Source: Minisyncoccia bacterium (GTDB lineage: Bacteria > Patescibacteriota > Minisyncoccia > Phycocordibacterales > DATDWN01). Taken from it: DNA of 64,000 bases. Every line of letters begins with the position of its first letter. The stretch's first letter is position 1. The notes under the pieces are model-generated. The model was not told the DNA's origin. It worked only from the letters and a program-made list of their open reading frames with translations, and ran no database searches. Location: positions 13,188 to 77,187 of the forward strand of contig JBAQUS010000004.1 in assembly GCA_049297675.1 (NCBI GenBank), read 5' to 3'. Below, one piece after another: positions 36,028-45,490 of this stretch. The translations under genes and the position numbers were made by a program.

Positions 36028-38712
36028 TTACGCCATAGTAGATTCTGGAATGAAGCTTTCTGAAACAAATGAGCCGTTTCTTCCCTTCTTTACGTTGAAA
36101 TTAAACTCACCTCCCTTTAAATCAACATGAATTGTTCCGCCTTTTGAAATGCCTTTGCTGACCATGAGGGATGCAATGGGTGTTAGAATTTTGGACTGAA
36201 TCAGACGCTTCAGAGGTCTCGCCCCATATTGTGGGTTATAACCCTCTTTTGCTAGATGCTCTATAACGGAATTTGAAAACACCAGCTTTATTTCTTTTTG
36301 CAAGAGTCTATCTTTGACTTGTTCTACCTGAATATTAACAATTTCTGCTATGGCTTCTTTGGATAAAATATCAAATATTATTATCTCATCCAATCTGTTT
36401 AAAAATTCTGGTCTAAAGTGATCCTTAAGAGCTGACATGACATTAGTTTTGGCATTTTCATAATTTGCCTTCTCTCCACTACCAGAGGCAAAACCGATTT
36501 TCTCCATTTTGTCTATGAATCTCGAGCCAATATTTGATGTCAAAATAATAACTGTATTTCTAAAGTTTACCACCCTGCCCTTTGAGTCTGTTAGTTTGCC
36601 ATTATCAAGCACCTGAAGCAGAATATTGAAAACCTCTGGATGAGCCTTTTCTATCTCGTCGAAAAGAATAACCGAATATGGTCTGTGTCGAACCATTTCC
36701 GTAATGGTTCCTCCTTCATCATGACCTACATAACCTGGTGGAGCACCTATAATTTTTGAAACTGAGTGCTTTTCCATAAACTCCGACATATCGATACGTA
36801 TAAGAGCTTTGTCGTCGTCGAACATAAATTGGGCAAGAGCTTTAGTAAGCTCGGTCTTTCCAACCCCTGTTGGACCAAGAAAAAGAAAAGATCCTATTGG
36901 TCTGTTGGGGTCAGAAATCCCAACCCTACTTCTCTTTATAGTATCCGAAATCTTCTGCACTGGTTCGTTTTGACCGACTATTCTTTTCGTTAAGACTTCT
37001 TCCATTCTGCCAAGCTTTTCTGCCTCTTCCTCTAGCATTCTAGTAACTGGAATTCCTGTCCATTTTGAAACTATAGTTGCAATATCGTTTTCAGTTATTT
37101 CTTCTTTCAAAATTCTTCTTGACGATTGAAGTTTTTTTAATCGCTTTAACTTGCCATCTAGTTCTTTCTCAAGCGCCGGAATTTTACCATAGCGAATCTC
37201 AGCAGCACGTGAAAGGTCCGTTCTAGCCTCTGCGCTATCTGCCTCTAACCTCAAACTCTCAAGTTGTTTCTTTATTGATTTAATATCATTAACTGTTTCT
37301 TTCTCGTTATTCCATTTGAGCTCTATCTCACTAATGTCTTCCTTCAAATCGGCAACACTTTTTTCTATCTCCTTTAATCGTGTCTTTGATTTTGTGTCAG
37401 TCTCTTTTTTTAAGGCTTCTTGCTCGATCTGGAGCTTGACGATTTTTGAGTGAGCAGTCTGCAGAACTGGAGGTTTGTTCTCTAGTGCTATTTTTAAGTA
37501 GGATGAAGCTTCATCAATAAGATCGACTGCCTTGTCCGGTAAAAATCTATCAGAAATATATCTTGCTGAAAGATTTACAGCAGAAACTATTGCCTCGTCT
37601 GTGATATGAACTCCATGATACAGTTCATACTTCTCCTTAAGCCCTCGTAAAATAGTTACAGCATCATCGATAGAAGGTTCATTTACGTAAACTGGCTGGA
37701 AACGTCTTGTCAGAGCTGGATCTTTCTCGATATGCTTTTGGTACTCCTTAAGTGTCGTAGCTCCAATTGCTCTTAACTCTCCACGAGCCAAAGCAGGCTT
37801 CAGCATGTTTGAGGCATCAAGCGACCCTTCAGCCGCACCTGCTCCGACAATAGTATGAATTTCATCAACAAAAAGAACTATTTTGCCGTCAGCTCTCTCG
37901 ACTTCTTTCAAAATATTTTTAAGTCTTTCCTCAAACTCACCTCTATATTTTGTTCCAGCAATAAGAAGTCCTAGATCAAGTGAAACTAGCTCTTTATCCC
38001 TCAAAGATTCTGGCACTTCCCCCATAGACATTCTTGTAGCCAGTCCTTCAACAATGGCAGTCTTTCCCACACCAGCTTCGCCAATAAGTATCGGATTATT
38101 TTTTGTTCTTCGAGAGAGAATTTGTATTATCCTACCTATTTCATCATCTCTTCCTATAACAGGATCAAGTTTGTTTTGTTGGGCAAGTTTAGTAAGTGAC
38201 CTAGTATACTTTGAAAGAGCCTTAAATTTTTTCGGAGCCTCACTTTCAACAGTTTTAGCACTTCGAATATCTTCTAAAACCTTCAAAACCGCATCCTTGT
38301 TTATTTTAAATTTCAAAAGTAAATCTCTTGCTGAACTTTGAACTTCCGTAAGTGAAAGAAAAAGGTGTTCTGTCGATACAAACTCATCTTTCAGGCTAGA
38401 TGCTTCTTTTGCTGAAATTTCTATGGTCTGTGCCAAATCAGGTGTGAGATAAATCTGATACGAAGCAGATAAGGTTTGTCCGGCCTCAGTACCTTCTATG
38501 AGCTCAAGAAGTGAGTCCGTCAGTAATATTGTATCAATCTCCATTCTGTCCAATATAGAGGCGACTATACTCTCTTCCTGAAGAATAAGCGCTGTCAAAA
38601 GATGGTTGGTATTAACATGATTTTGACCACGTTCAATAGCCAGCTCATGAGCCTTTCTTATAGCTTCTTTAGCCTTTGTGGTAAATTTCCCAAATGGTGG
38701 CATGCTGTTCAT
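36028..38712 (-). CDS. clpB: ATP-dependent chaperone ClpB
   Basis: Clp_N domain, two AAA+ modules ([18 protein letters not shown]) and a long coiled-coil M-domain between them. Confidence 0.9.
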   Translation of the reverse strand: MNSMPPFGKFTTKAKEAIRKAHELAIERGQNHVNTNHLLTALILQEESIVASILDRMEIDTILLTDSLLELIEGTEAGQTLSASYQIYLTPDLAQTIEISAKEASSLKDEFVSTEHLFLSLTEVQSSARDLLLKFKINKDAVLKVLEDIRSAKTVESEAPKKFKALSKYTRSLTKLAQQNKLDPVIGRDDEIGRIIQILSRRTKNNPILIGEAGVGKTAIVEGLATRMSMGEVPESLRDKELVSLDLGLLIAGTKYRGEFEERLKNILKEVERADGKIVLFVDEIHTIVGAGAAEGSLDASNMLKPALARGELRAIGATTLKEYQKHIEKDPALTRRFQPVYVNEPSIDDAVTILRGLKEKYELYHGVHITDEAIVSAVNLSARYISDRFLPDKAVDLIDEASSYLKIALENKPPVLQTAHSKIVKLQIEQEALKKETDTKSKTRLKEIEKSVADLKEDISEIELKWNNEKETVNDIKSIKKQLESLRLEADSAEARTDLSRAAEIRYGKIPALEKELDGKLKRLKKLQSSRRILKEEITENDIATIVSKWTGIPVTRMLEEEAEKLGRMEEVLTKRIVGQNEPVQKISDTIKRSRVGISDPNRPIGSFLFLGPTGVGKTELTKALAQFMFDDDKALIRIDMSEFMEKHSVSKIIGAPPGYVGHDEGGTITEMVRHRPYSVILFDEIEKAHPEVFNILLQVLDNGKLTDSKGRVVNFRNTVIILTSNIGSRFIDKMEKIGFASGSGEKANYENAKTNVMSALKDHFRPEFLNRLDEIIIFDILSKEAIAEIVNIQVEQVKDRLLQKEIKLVFSNSVIEHLAKEGYNPQYGARPLKRLIQSKILTPIASLMVSKGISKGGTIHVDLKGGEFNFNVKKGRNGSFVSESFIPESTMA

Positions 38713-38750
38713 TACACCACTATATCAGAAATTATTGCAAAATCAAAAAT

Positions 38751-39599
38751 TTATTGAGTTACAGTTTTCTTTTCGGATACTGTCTCAGTAAGACTATTTA
38801 GCTCATTTTTTAATACTGAAATTGGTGTAAAAATCCTAGTTTCGTTGTTTGAAAGTTTTATCCCAACAACATCACCAGAGAGATTAAATATCGGACTACC
38901 AGATACCATATCCCTTGAAGTAATATCAGTATTTATACTTGATATAACTTTTACTGTTGAAGTCCCAACACCAGAATCTTTGGTTGAAAGTGATGTAACT
39001 CTGCCTACTGTGACCGAGTTATCCGAAGTACCACCAAGACCTATAAGAGTCTGCCCGAGCTTAACTTCTGCTTCTGATATTACACTCGGCTCTAGATTTA
39101 TTTCCGATTTCTCAGGTAGGTTAGCTAGAAATAAAATAAAGTTTGTCTGTTTATCAATACCTTGGGGAATAATTTCAACAACTTCCCCATCGCTTAGTTC
39201 CGCAGAATATTTGTTTGTCTTCAAAACAGTTTTTCTGTCAGTAGCTATGCCCCCTCCGCCAATTATTATTCCTATCCCGTAAAAACTAGCCTCTTCTGTG
39301 AAAGGATTTCTCTCCCTTATCCTGACAACACTTTTTAAATTTTTGTTGATCGAATCTATTATTCTGTCTTCTTCCTTAACTACAACAGTAGTTATCTCCT
39401 TTTGGTTCGACTGAATGATGGACGGCGTTGCTGGCACGATCGTCTCAACAGTCTTTTCCACAATACTGTTTATGTTTCGTGTTATTTCTATCGGAGCCTC
39501 TTGAAGAAGAGCATTAGTCATTATTCCTGTGGCAATCGAGGTGACAAAACTAACAAGAAGTGTCAGCAGTACAATCTGATTTTTGTTAAGGTCCTCCAT
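38751..39599 (-). CDS. Membrane-anchored trypsin-like serine protease (no PDZ domain)
   Basis: N-terminal TM and a C-terminal VSGSPIFNLSGDVVGI serine motif. Confidence 0.5.
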   Translation of the reverse strand: MEDLNKNQIVLLTLLVSFVTSIATGIMTNALLQEAPIEITRNINSIVEKTVETIVPATPSIIQSNQKEITTVVVKEEDRIIDSINKNLKSVVRIRERNPFTEEASFYGIGIIIGGGGIATDRKTVLKTNKYSAELSDGEVVEIIPQGIDKQTNFILFLANLPEKSEINLEPSVISEAEVKLGQTLIGLGGTSDNSVTVGRVTSLSTKDSGVGTSTVKVISSINTDITSRDMVSGSPIFNLSGDVVGIKLSNNETRIFTPISVLKNELNSLTETVSEKKTVTQ

Positions 39600-39665
39600 A
39601 TATGCTGCATAATATCATTTCTTTTTATAATGGTAAACGACTACATTTATGATAGTATAAAATGT

Positions 39666-40778
39666 ATGAGTTTTGAATTACATACAATTGAAAATCCGAG
39701 TAGTCGAGATGACCAAGGTCACTTAAGTAGAAAGTTGGAAAAAATTAATCCTGGGAGAGACAGGGTTGAGGCTTTTAGAGTAGCCCGAGAAAGAATTCTC
39801 GGTAACCCTGATCTATACGAGAAATTTATAAAAGGCTTCATAAAAAGCAGTGATTCAATCCCTGTTGAGCTTGCCAGTGTACAAAATGAATTTCTATCAA
39901 ACTGTGTTGAATTATCTGATCAAGAGATAGACTCTCTGGTTAGACAATTCAACAAGGGATTAGCAGATTATCTAATAAAAAATTATGCAAAATTAGGAAT
40001 AGACTCGCAAAGAAAGGAGCATCTACTTTCTTCTCTTGATAGCCTTGGGATGAATTCAGTAGGAATAATTAGTGCAGTTGAATACATTAGGTCCAGAAAA
40101 AAACTATTCGAATTGGGTCCTGAACAGGATTATGGTTTTTATTTCGAGGATAGTCTAGATGCTAGATATAAAATTGATCTAATTGAAGTTTTATATTTGG
40201 ACGGGAAAGTAAATTCAATGAATTTAGTACAAATTAAATCGCGTAAACCCGATGACAACGAGATAGAAAAAATATTAGATGACCATAGGAGTTGGGTAGC
40301 AAGTTCTATGATGGATTTAGAGACTTTTGAGAGAGAATACACTGACGGTATTCCTGATAATTTGACTATAGAAATCATGTTAGAAAATGCTCAAGATGTC
40401 GAGGATTTACTTGTGGATGTCTGTACTGATCCAGACGGATTTAAACCTGATAAATTCATTGAAAAATTAGATCTGGGAAATCTAAATAACAAACAAAAAG
40501 CGTGGTTGCTACTTAAATACGGAAAAATCATGATTGAAAAAATTGCTAGTGCTGTCAAAAACCAAGTTCTTGATGCTAATCAAGCTGAAGAAATACTAGG
40601 AGCACTTAGCAAACTAACAAATAAAGTTATTGCAAAAGCAAAACTTCCAAAAAATTTTTCAACAGTAAGAAATATAAACTCAGTAATTGCTGTTGGTCCT
40701 GAGATTATTCGTGAAGAAAGAATACATGGAGATAGTATTTCAGACATACATAAAAAAGTTGTCGGTCTAAGTAATTGA
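39666..40778 (+). CDS. Hypothetical protein with a possible PD-(D/E)xK-like motif
   Basis: The track ORF overlaps the upstream gene, so I start at MSFELHT (Met77 at 39630 is an alternative). DARYKIDLIEVLY...MNLVQIKSRK loosely fits D..(D/E)xK. Confidence 0.4.
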   Translation: MSFELHTIENPSSRDDQGHLSRKLEKINPGRDRVEAFRVARERILGNPDLYEKFIKGFIKSSDSIPVELASVQNEFLSNCVELSDQEIDSLVRQFNKGLADYLIKNYAKLGIDSQRKEHLLSSLDSLGMNSVGIISAVEYIRSRKKLFELGPEQDYGFYFEDSLDARYKIDLIEVLYLDGKVNSMNLVQIKSRKPDDNEIEKILDDHRSWVASSMMDLETFEREYTDGIPDNLTIEIMLENAQDVEDLLVDVCTDPDGFKPDKFIEKLDLGNLNNKQKAWLLLKYGKIMIEKIASAVKNQVLDANQAEEILGALSKLTNKVIAKAKLPKNFSTVRNINSVIAVGPEIIREERIHGDSISDIHKKVVGLSN

Positions 40779-40819
40779 TAAATAGACCAAATAATGATAT
40801 AAAATAAGTGGAGTCAGAC

Positions 40820-40969
40820 ATGAAAAAATCATCCTTACCTGGTCTTAAATCAATATCAGTGAATAATAAACCCACGGATAGAGGAGTGGCTAAGGTCAGG
40901 CTTGAAAAGGCGCGTGCTGAGTTCGAACGTCGCTTAGATCGTGTATTGAACGAAGGTAAGAAAAAGTGA
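40820..40969 (+). CDS. Hypothetical basic 49-aa protein; GC-richer orphan
   Basis: Absent from the ORF track. gtggagtcagacATG start. Sequence MKKSSLPGLKSISVNNKPTDRGVAKVRLEKARAEFERRLDRVLNEGKKK. A hairpin gggttactacca...tggtggtagccc follows. Confidence 0.35.
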   Translation: MKKSSLPGLKSISVNNKPTDRGVAKVRLEKARAEFERRLDRVLNEGKKK

Positions 40970-41008
40970 GGGTTACTACCAGTATGCCTTGGTGGTAGCC
41001 CTTTTCGT

Positions 41009-42217
41009 TTATTTAAAAATCTTTTTCAAGACAGAAACAAGCTCATCAATATCCCTCTTTGTGCTTTCCCTTCCTAGAGTAAACCGAAGAGAAGACATTT
41101 TGCATTCCTCCTTTCCGAGAGCCTCAACCACATACGAAGATGAATCCTCTTTTAGTGTTCGACAAGACGATGAGTATGAAGCTGAAATCCCTGCGACATC
41201 TAGTGAGATGACCCCAAACTCTGCATCCAAACCCGGAAAACAAATATTAATGTTGTTTGGAAGTCTTTCCTCCTTTGAGCCATTTAGACTAGTCTTCGGA
41301 AAGGTATTGAGAATTTTCTCAATTTCATAATCTCTAATTTCTTTAAGTCTAGTGGATTCGCTTTCTTTCATTTTTTCTGCAATTTCCAATGCCTTAGCAA
41401 ATCCTATTGCACTTGAAACGTTCTCCGTGCCACTCCTAAGCCCTCCCTCTTGTCCTCCGCCGAAAATAATAGGTGATATTTCTACTCCATTCTTTACAAA
41501 CAGAACTCCAGTGCTTCTCGGACCATAAATTTTAATGCCATCAAGTGTCATCATATCCACACCAAGTTTCAAAACGTTTACATCGAGATAAAGTGGTGCT
41601 TGGCAGGCATCTGTATGAAAATAAGGATACTCGGTGTTGTTCTTTATCCTAAAATCCTTAATCACTTTGCTGATTTCCTTTATTGGTTGGATTGTTCCAA
41701 TCTCATTGTTTGCGTACATTATTGAAACCAGAACAGTCTCTTTTTTTATTGCATCTCTTATGTCCTTAATTGAAACTAATCCCTCGGAATTTACTGAAAG
41801 TTTTGTCACCTCTCCTCCTCTTTTTTCTATTTCACTAAAAACTTCCAGGACAGACGGATGCTCGATTTGTGAAGTAATGAAATGTGGTCTAGAAATAAAA
41901 CTTTTGCTTTTTTCAAAAACTCCTAAAATAGTCATATTGTTTCCCTCAGTCCCACCACTGGTGAAATAAATAGATTTACTTTGAGTGCTTAGAATTTCTG
42001 CAACCTTTCTTCTAGCTTTTTCAAGATTTTCCTTTGCCGTAATTGCCTGACTGTAAAGTGCAGAAGGGTTAGCAAAAATTTTCTCTTCATATTCACGCAT
42101 TACTCTCACTACTTCCTTGTCTATGGGAGTGGTCGATGCATAATCTAAAAAAATCCTCTCTTTTTTACCTAATAAATTAAATAAATTCATGATTTTATGA
42201 TACAGATTATTTTGCAA
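41009..42217 (-). CDS. Cysteine desulfurase (class V aminotransferase, NifS/IscS-like)
   Basis: FLDYASTTP, HTDACQA and SASYSSSC (catalytic Cys loop). Confidence 0.8.
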   Translation of the reverse strand: MQNNLYHKIMNLFNLLGKKERIFLDYASTTPIDKEVVRVMREYEEKIFANPSALYSQAITAKENLEKARRKVAEILSTQSKSIYFTSGGTEGNNMTILGVFEKSKSFISRPHFITSQIEHPSVLEVFSEIEKRGGEVTKLSVNSEGLVSIKDIRDAIKKETVLVSIMYANNEIGTIQPIKEISKVIKDFRIKNNTEYPYFHTDACQAPLYLDVNVLKLGVDMMTLDGIKIYGPRSTGVLFVKNGVEISPIIFGGGQEGGLRSGTENVSSAIGFAKALEIAEKMKESESTRLKEIRDYEIEKILNTFPKTSLNGSKEERLPNNINICFPGLDAEFGVISLDVAGISASYSSSCRTLKEDSSSYVVEALGKEECKMSSLRFTLGRESTKRDIDELVSVLKKIFK

Positions 42218-42240
42218 ATGACAACAAATTATGACATACT

Positions 42241-42717
42241 ATGGAAATGTCATTTGATCTACTAACTATAATTTATATTACTTTAGTAATACTTGTAGTT
42301 TTAGTTGGATGGATTATAAGACTTGAAATAAAGTTAGGAAGGCTACTTTTGGGTAAAAATGCCAAAACGCTTGAAGACAGCATCTTTTTTGCCAAGGATA
42401 ATCTTGAAAAACTTAACAATTTCGAGAAGAAAACTTTGGAAAATTTCTCCCAAATGGAGAAGAAACTTAAAAGAAGCGTGCAGGCTGTTGAAACAATCCG
42501 TTTTAATCCCTTTAAAGGAAATGGGGATGGTGGAAGTCAGAGTTTTTCCACTTCTTTTTTATCTGAAGACGGAAACGGAGTGGTCATTTCCAGTCTATAT
42601 TCAAGAGATAGGGTCAGTATTTTTTCGAAACCACTTCAAAAGTTTGAGAGTAGTTTCGAACTAACGGGTGAAGAAAAAGAAGTGGTAGAAAATTCTAAGA
42701 AAGTTTTAGTAAATTAA
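42241..42717 (+). CDS. DUF4446-like membrane-anchored protein
   Basis: N-terminal TM, a coiled segment, then RFNPFKGNGDGGSQSFSTSFLSEDGNGVVISSLYSRD. Confidence 0.5.
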   Translation: MEMSFDLLTIIYITLVILVVLVGWIIRLEIKLGRLLLGKNAKTLEDSIFFAKDNLEKLNNFEKKTLENFSQMEKKLKRSVQAVETIRFNPFKGNGDGGSQSFSTSFLSEDGNGVVISSLYSRDRVSIFSKPLQKFESSFELTGEEKEVVENSKKVLVN

Positions 42718-42751
42718 TGCCAGATGGTCATGAACCAGCCCAAACACTGCT

Positions 42752-44257
42752 ATGAAAACAGAAAATCAAAATTCAGAAAAGCGTGGTCCTATCGTGGCTG
42801 TAATGGGTCATATTGATCATGGCAAGTCAACTCTCCTCTCTTTCATAAGAAAAAGTACTAAGCCTCTAGATGAAGCCGGAGGTATCACTCAACACATTTC
42901 TGCCTATGAAGTCCCCCACACAGACAAGGAGGGAAAAACAAGGAATATAACTTTTCTCGATACTCCTGGTCACGAGGCGTTTTCGGGAATAAGAAAAAGA
43001 GGGGCAAAAGTGGCTGATATAGCTGTTCTTGTTGTATCTGCAGAAGATGGAGTGAAACCTCAAACAAAAGAGGCACTGGAATCCATAAAGAACAGCAAAA
43101 CTCCATTCATTGTTGCTATAAATAAAATAGACAAGCCAGATGCAAACATAGAGAGAACTAAACAAAGTCTGGCAGAAAATGAAATTTATATTGAGGGATA
43201 TGGAGGAGATGTTCCATGTGTAAACATTTCAGCGAAGAACGGTGATGGCGTTGAAGATCTATTGGATATGATTATTCTAATTTCTGAACTTGAAAATCTT
43301 TCAGGAAACCCAGATGAAAACGCAGAAGGAATAGTAATAGAAAGTAATAGAGACTCCAAAAAAGGAATCTCTTCGACTTGTATAATAATTGATGGCAAAA
43401 TTCAAAAAGGAATGTATATTACTTCAGGAACCTCGAGTTCACCGGTTAGGATTATTGAAAACTTTCTTGGAAAACAAGTTGAATCAGCTCAATTTCCAAG
43501 CCCAGTAAAAATTATCGGTTGGGATTCGCTTCCAGAGGTTGGCGATAGTTTCCATGTTTGGAAAACAAGGGAAGAAGCAAGAGAAGCTGTACAGAAAGAG
43601 GTGGAAAATAAAAGCTCTAAGTCAATAAGTGGTGAGGACCTCAAATGTGAAAATTCCATAGCAATTGTAGTCAAGGCGGATACGGGTAGCAGTCTTGAAG
43701 CTATGATTGGTGAAATAAATAAACTTAGGCTTGAAAAAATATGTCCGGAAATTATTGCCTCAGGAATAGGAAATATTTCTGAAAATGATGTGAGACTTGC
43801 CGATGGTGGAAATAAAAAGGCTATTGTTGTTGGTTTCAATGTTGATACCGATTCTCTAGCAAAAAACTTATCGGAAAGAAACGGAACTCAAATAAAAACT
43901 TTCAACATTATTTATAAAATGAGTGAATGGTTAAGTAAGCTACTTATTGAAAACACGCCAAAGGAAAAAGTCTCTGAGAGCGTTGGTGTGGCTAAAATTT
44001 TGAAGATTTTTAGTAAAGTTCGTGACAAACAGATTGTCGGTGGGAAGGTTGAGAAAGGTAAAATCGATCTTGGCTCTCAAGTAAAAATTTTAAGGAGAGA
44101 GGCTGAAATTGCAGAAGGCAAAATAAGAGAGCTTCAAAGCCAGAAAAATCAAGTCAGTGAAGTCGTTGAGGGTAAAGAATTTGGAGCAATGATAGAATCA
44201 AAAATCGAAATAGTGCCGGGAGATAGGATTGAATGTTTTATTATTGTTGAAAAATAA
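42752..44257 (+). CDS. infB: Translation initiation factor IF-2 (lacks the long N-terminal domains)
   Basis: G domain VMGHIDHGKSTL, DTPGHEAF, NKID, then the domain II-IV pattern. Confidence 0.9.
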   Translation: MKTENQNSEKRGPIVAVMGHIDHGKSTLLSFIRKSTKPLDEAGGITQHISAYEVPHTDKEGKTRNITFLDTPGHEAFSGIRKRGAKVADIAVLVVSAEDGVKPQTKEALESIKNSKTPFIVAINKIDKPDANIERTKQSLAENEIYIEGYGGDVPCVNISAKNGDGVEDLLDMIILISELENLSGNPDENAEGIVIESNRDSKKGISSTCIIIDGKIQKGMYITSGTSSSPVRIIENFLGKQVESAQFPSPVKIIGWDSLPEVGDSFHVWKTREEAREAVQKEVENKSSKSISGEDLKCENSIAIVVKADTGSSLEAMIGEINKLRLEKICPEIIASGIGNISENDVRLADGGNKKAIVVGFNVDTDSLAKNLSERNGTQIKTFNIIYKMSEWLSKLLIENTPKEKVSESVGVAKILKIFSKVRDKQIVGGKVEKGKIDLGSQVKILRREAEIAEGKIRELQSQKNQVSEVVEGKEFGAMIESKIEIVPGDRIECFIIVEK

Positions 44258-44580
44258 TGAGTAACAGAAATCAAAGACTAAGTGAAATTCTAAGAGATTT
44301 AGGTGCCCGTTTTCTGCTTCTTAATGGAAACAAATCCTCGCTTTTAACCGTGACAAAATTGGAATTAACAAGGGATGGAAAAAATGCTACTATTTTCTTT
44401 ACGGTTTTTCCAAATAGTTTTGAAAAAACTGCTCTTGAGTTTGCCAAGAGAAAAAGAAGTGATTTTAGAGAATTCGTTAAGGAAAATTCAAAACTAGGAC
44501 ACCTCCCCCAGTTTGATTTTGAAATTGATCTAGGAGAGAAAAACCGTCAAAAAATTGACGGATTATTAAATGAAAAATGA
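44257..44580 (+). CDS. rbfA: Ribosome-binding factor A
   Basis: RLSEILRDLGARFLLL...LTVTKLELTRDGKNATIFF. The ATGA overlap with infB couples the two genes. The gene ends in TGA. Confidence 0.75.
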   Translation: MSNRNQRLSEILRDLGARFLLLNGNKSSLLTVTKLELTRDGKNATIFFTVFPNSFEKTALEFAKRKRSDFREFVKENSKLGHLPQFDFEIDLGEKNRQKIDGLLNEK

Positions 44581-44650
44581 CCTAGTCGCCAAGTGGTAAG
44601 GCAAAGCTCTGCAAAAGCTTTATACGGCGGTTCGATTCCGCCCTAGGTCT
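44579..44650 (+). tRNA. tRNA-Cys (anticodon GCA)
   Basis: Hand fold: GACCTAG/CTAGGTC acceptor, AAGCT-CTGCAAA-AGCTT anticodon arm, GGCGG-TTCGATT-CCGCC T arm. It starts inside the rbfA stop codon. Confidence 0.85.
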
Positions 44651-44719
44651 CCCTAAAACATTTACACAGTAAGTGTTTGGGTGAACAATTCATCCAGAGA
44701 GTTGTTGTAACCAAATTTT

Positions 44720-44801
44720 GCTCGGGTGGCGGAACTGGTATACGCGTTCGACTTAAAATCGAATCCCGAAAGGGGTATGGGTTCGATTCCCATCCCGAGC
44801 A
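44720..44801 (+). tRNA. tRNA-Leu (anticodon TAA)
   Basis: GCTCGGG/CCCGAGC acceptor, TTCGA-CTTAAAA-TCGAA anticodon arm, long variable arm, ATGGG-TTCGATT-CCCAT T arm. Confidence 0.85.
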
Positions 44802-44850
44802 CAAAATTGAAATAAACTAAAATTAATGTTATAAATTTAAAGTAAAATTT

Positions 44851-44923
44851 GCGCCTATAGCTCAGCTGGTAGAGCAGATCCCTCTTAAGGATAAGGTCCC
44901 AGGTTCGATCCCTGGTGGGCGCA
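44851..44923 (+). tRNA. tRNA-Lys (anticodon CTT)
   Basis: GCGCCTA/TGGGCGC acceptor, GCTC-AGCTGGTA-GAGC D arm, CTCTTAA anticodon loop, CCAGG-TTCGATC-CCTGG T arm. Confidence 0.85.
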
Positions 44924-45119
44924 CAAGCCGAAATAATCTAAACTGCTTTAGATTATTTCGGACTTGTGCGCAACCAGAATATACCTTTAGGTGATTCTGG
45001 TTGAGGTTTCGGGCTTGTGCGTTATTAAAACATGTTTACTAAATAGTTTGAATCGTGGTTTCAAATTTGTGTGTGAAAGTAAGATAGCAATATAATGTTT
45101 TAGTTTCAAGTTAACAATT

Positions 45120-45203
45120 GGGCGAGTGGCGTAACAGTAGCCGCGCCAGTCTTAGGAACTGGTCCCGTAAGGGGTGGAGGTGCGATTCCTCTCTCGCCCA
45201 CCA
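45120..45203 (+). tRNA. tRNA-Leu (anticodon TAG), atypical D and T loops, CCA encoded
   Basis: GGGCGAG/CTCGCCC acceptor, perfect CCAGT-CTTAGGA-ACTGG anticodon arm, long variable arm. The D loop lacks GG, and the T loop is TGCGATT rather than TTCGA.. . Confidence 0.6.
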
Positions 45204-45490
45204 ATAAGGAACTAAAGGGTTCTGAATGCGAACCCAAGCGGAACGCCCGAAGGGCGTGCCAAGGATTTTCGCCTGATTCTGCAAGAGAATTCGGGAATTT
45301 TGGTGTGCAAGCGTGCAAGGTTTTTTCGTCGAGACGCAGGTTCGAGCCAAAGATTTCTTTGGCATAGACCTTTTTAGTAAAAAGATCTGAATCAGAAGCG
45401 ATTCTGTCCAATGATTCCGCGTCTTTTAGCCATTGTTGGAAAGGTGCGAGCCAATCATTCTACTTGTGTGAAAGAGAGGTCATTTCTCAT

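Noticed and set aside
35633-36063. Four overlapping ORFs (74-123 aa) across the tRNA-Tyr region.
   Set aside because: They cover a hand-folded tRNA-Tyr and GC-rich RNA-like hairpins. They overlap each other on both strands, so they are most likely non-coding artefacts.
45106-45411. ORFs of 101 aa and 84 aa on the minus strand.
   Set aside because: They run antisense through tRNA-Leu(TAG) and hairpin-rich non-coding DNA. They have no start context and no recognisable motif.
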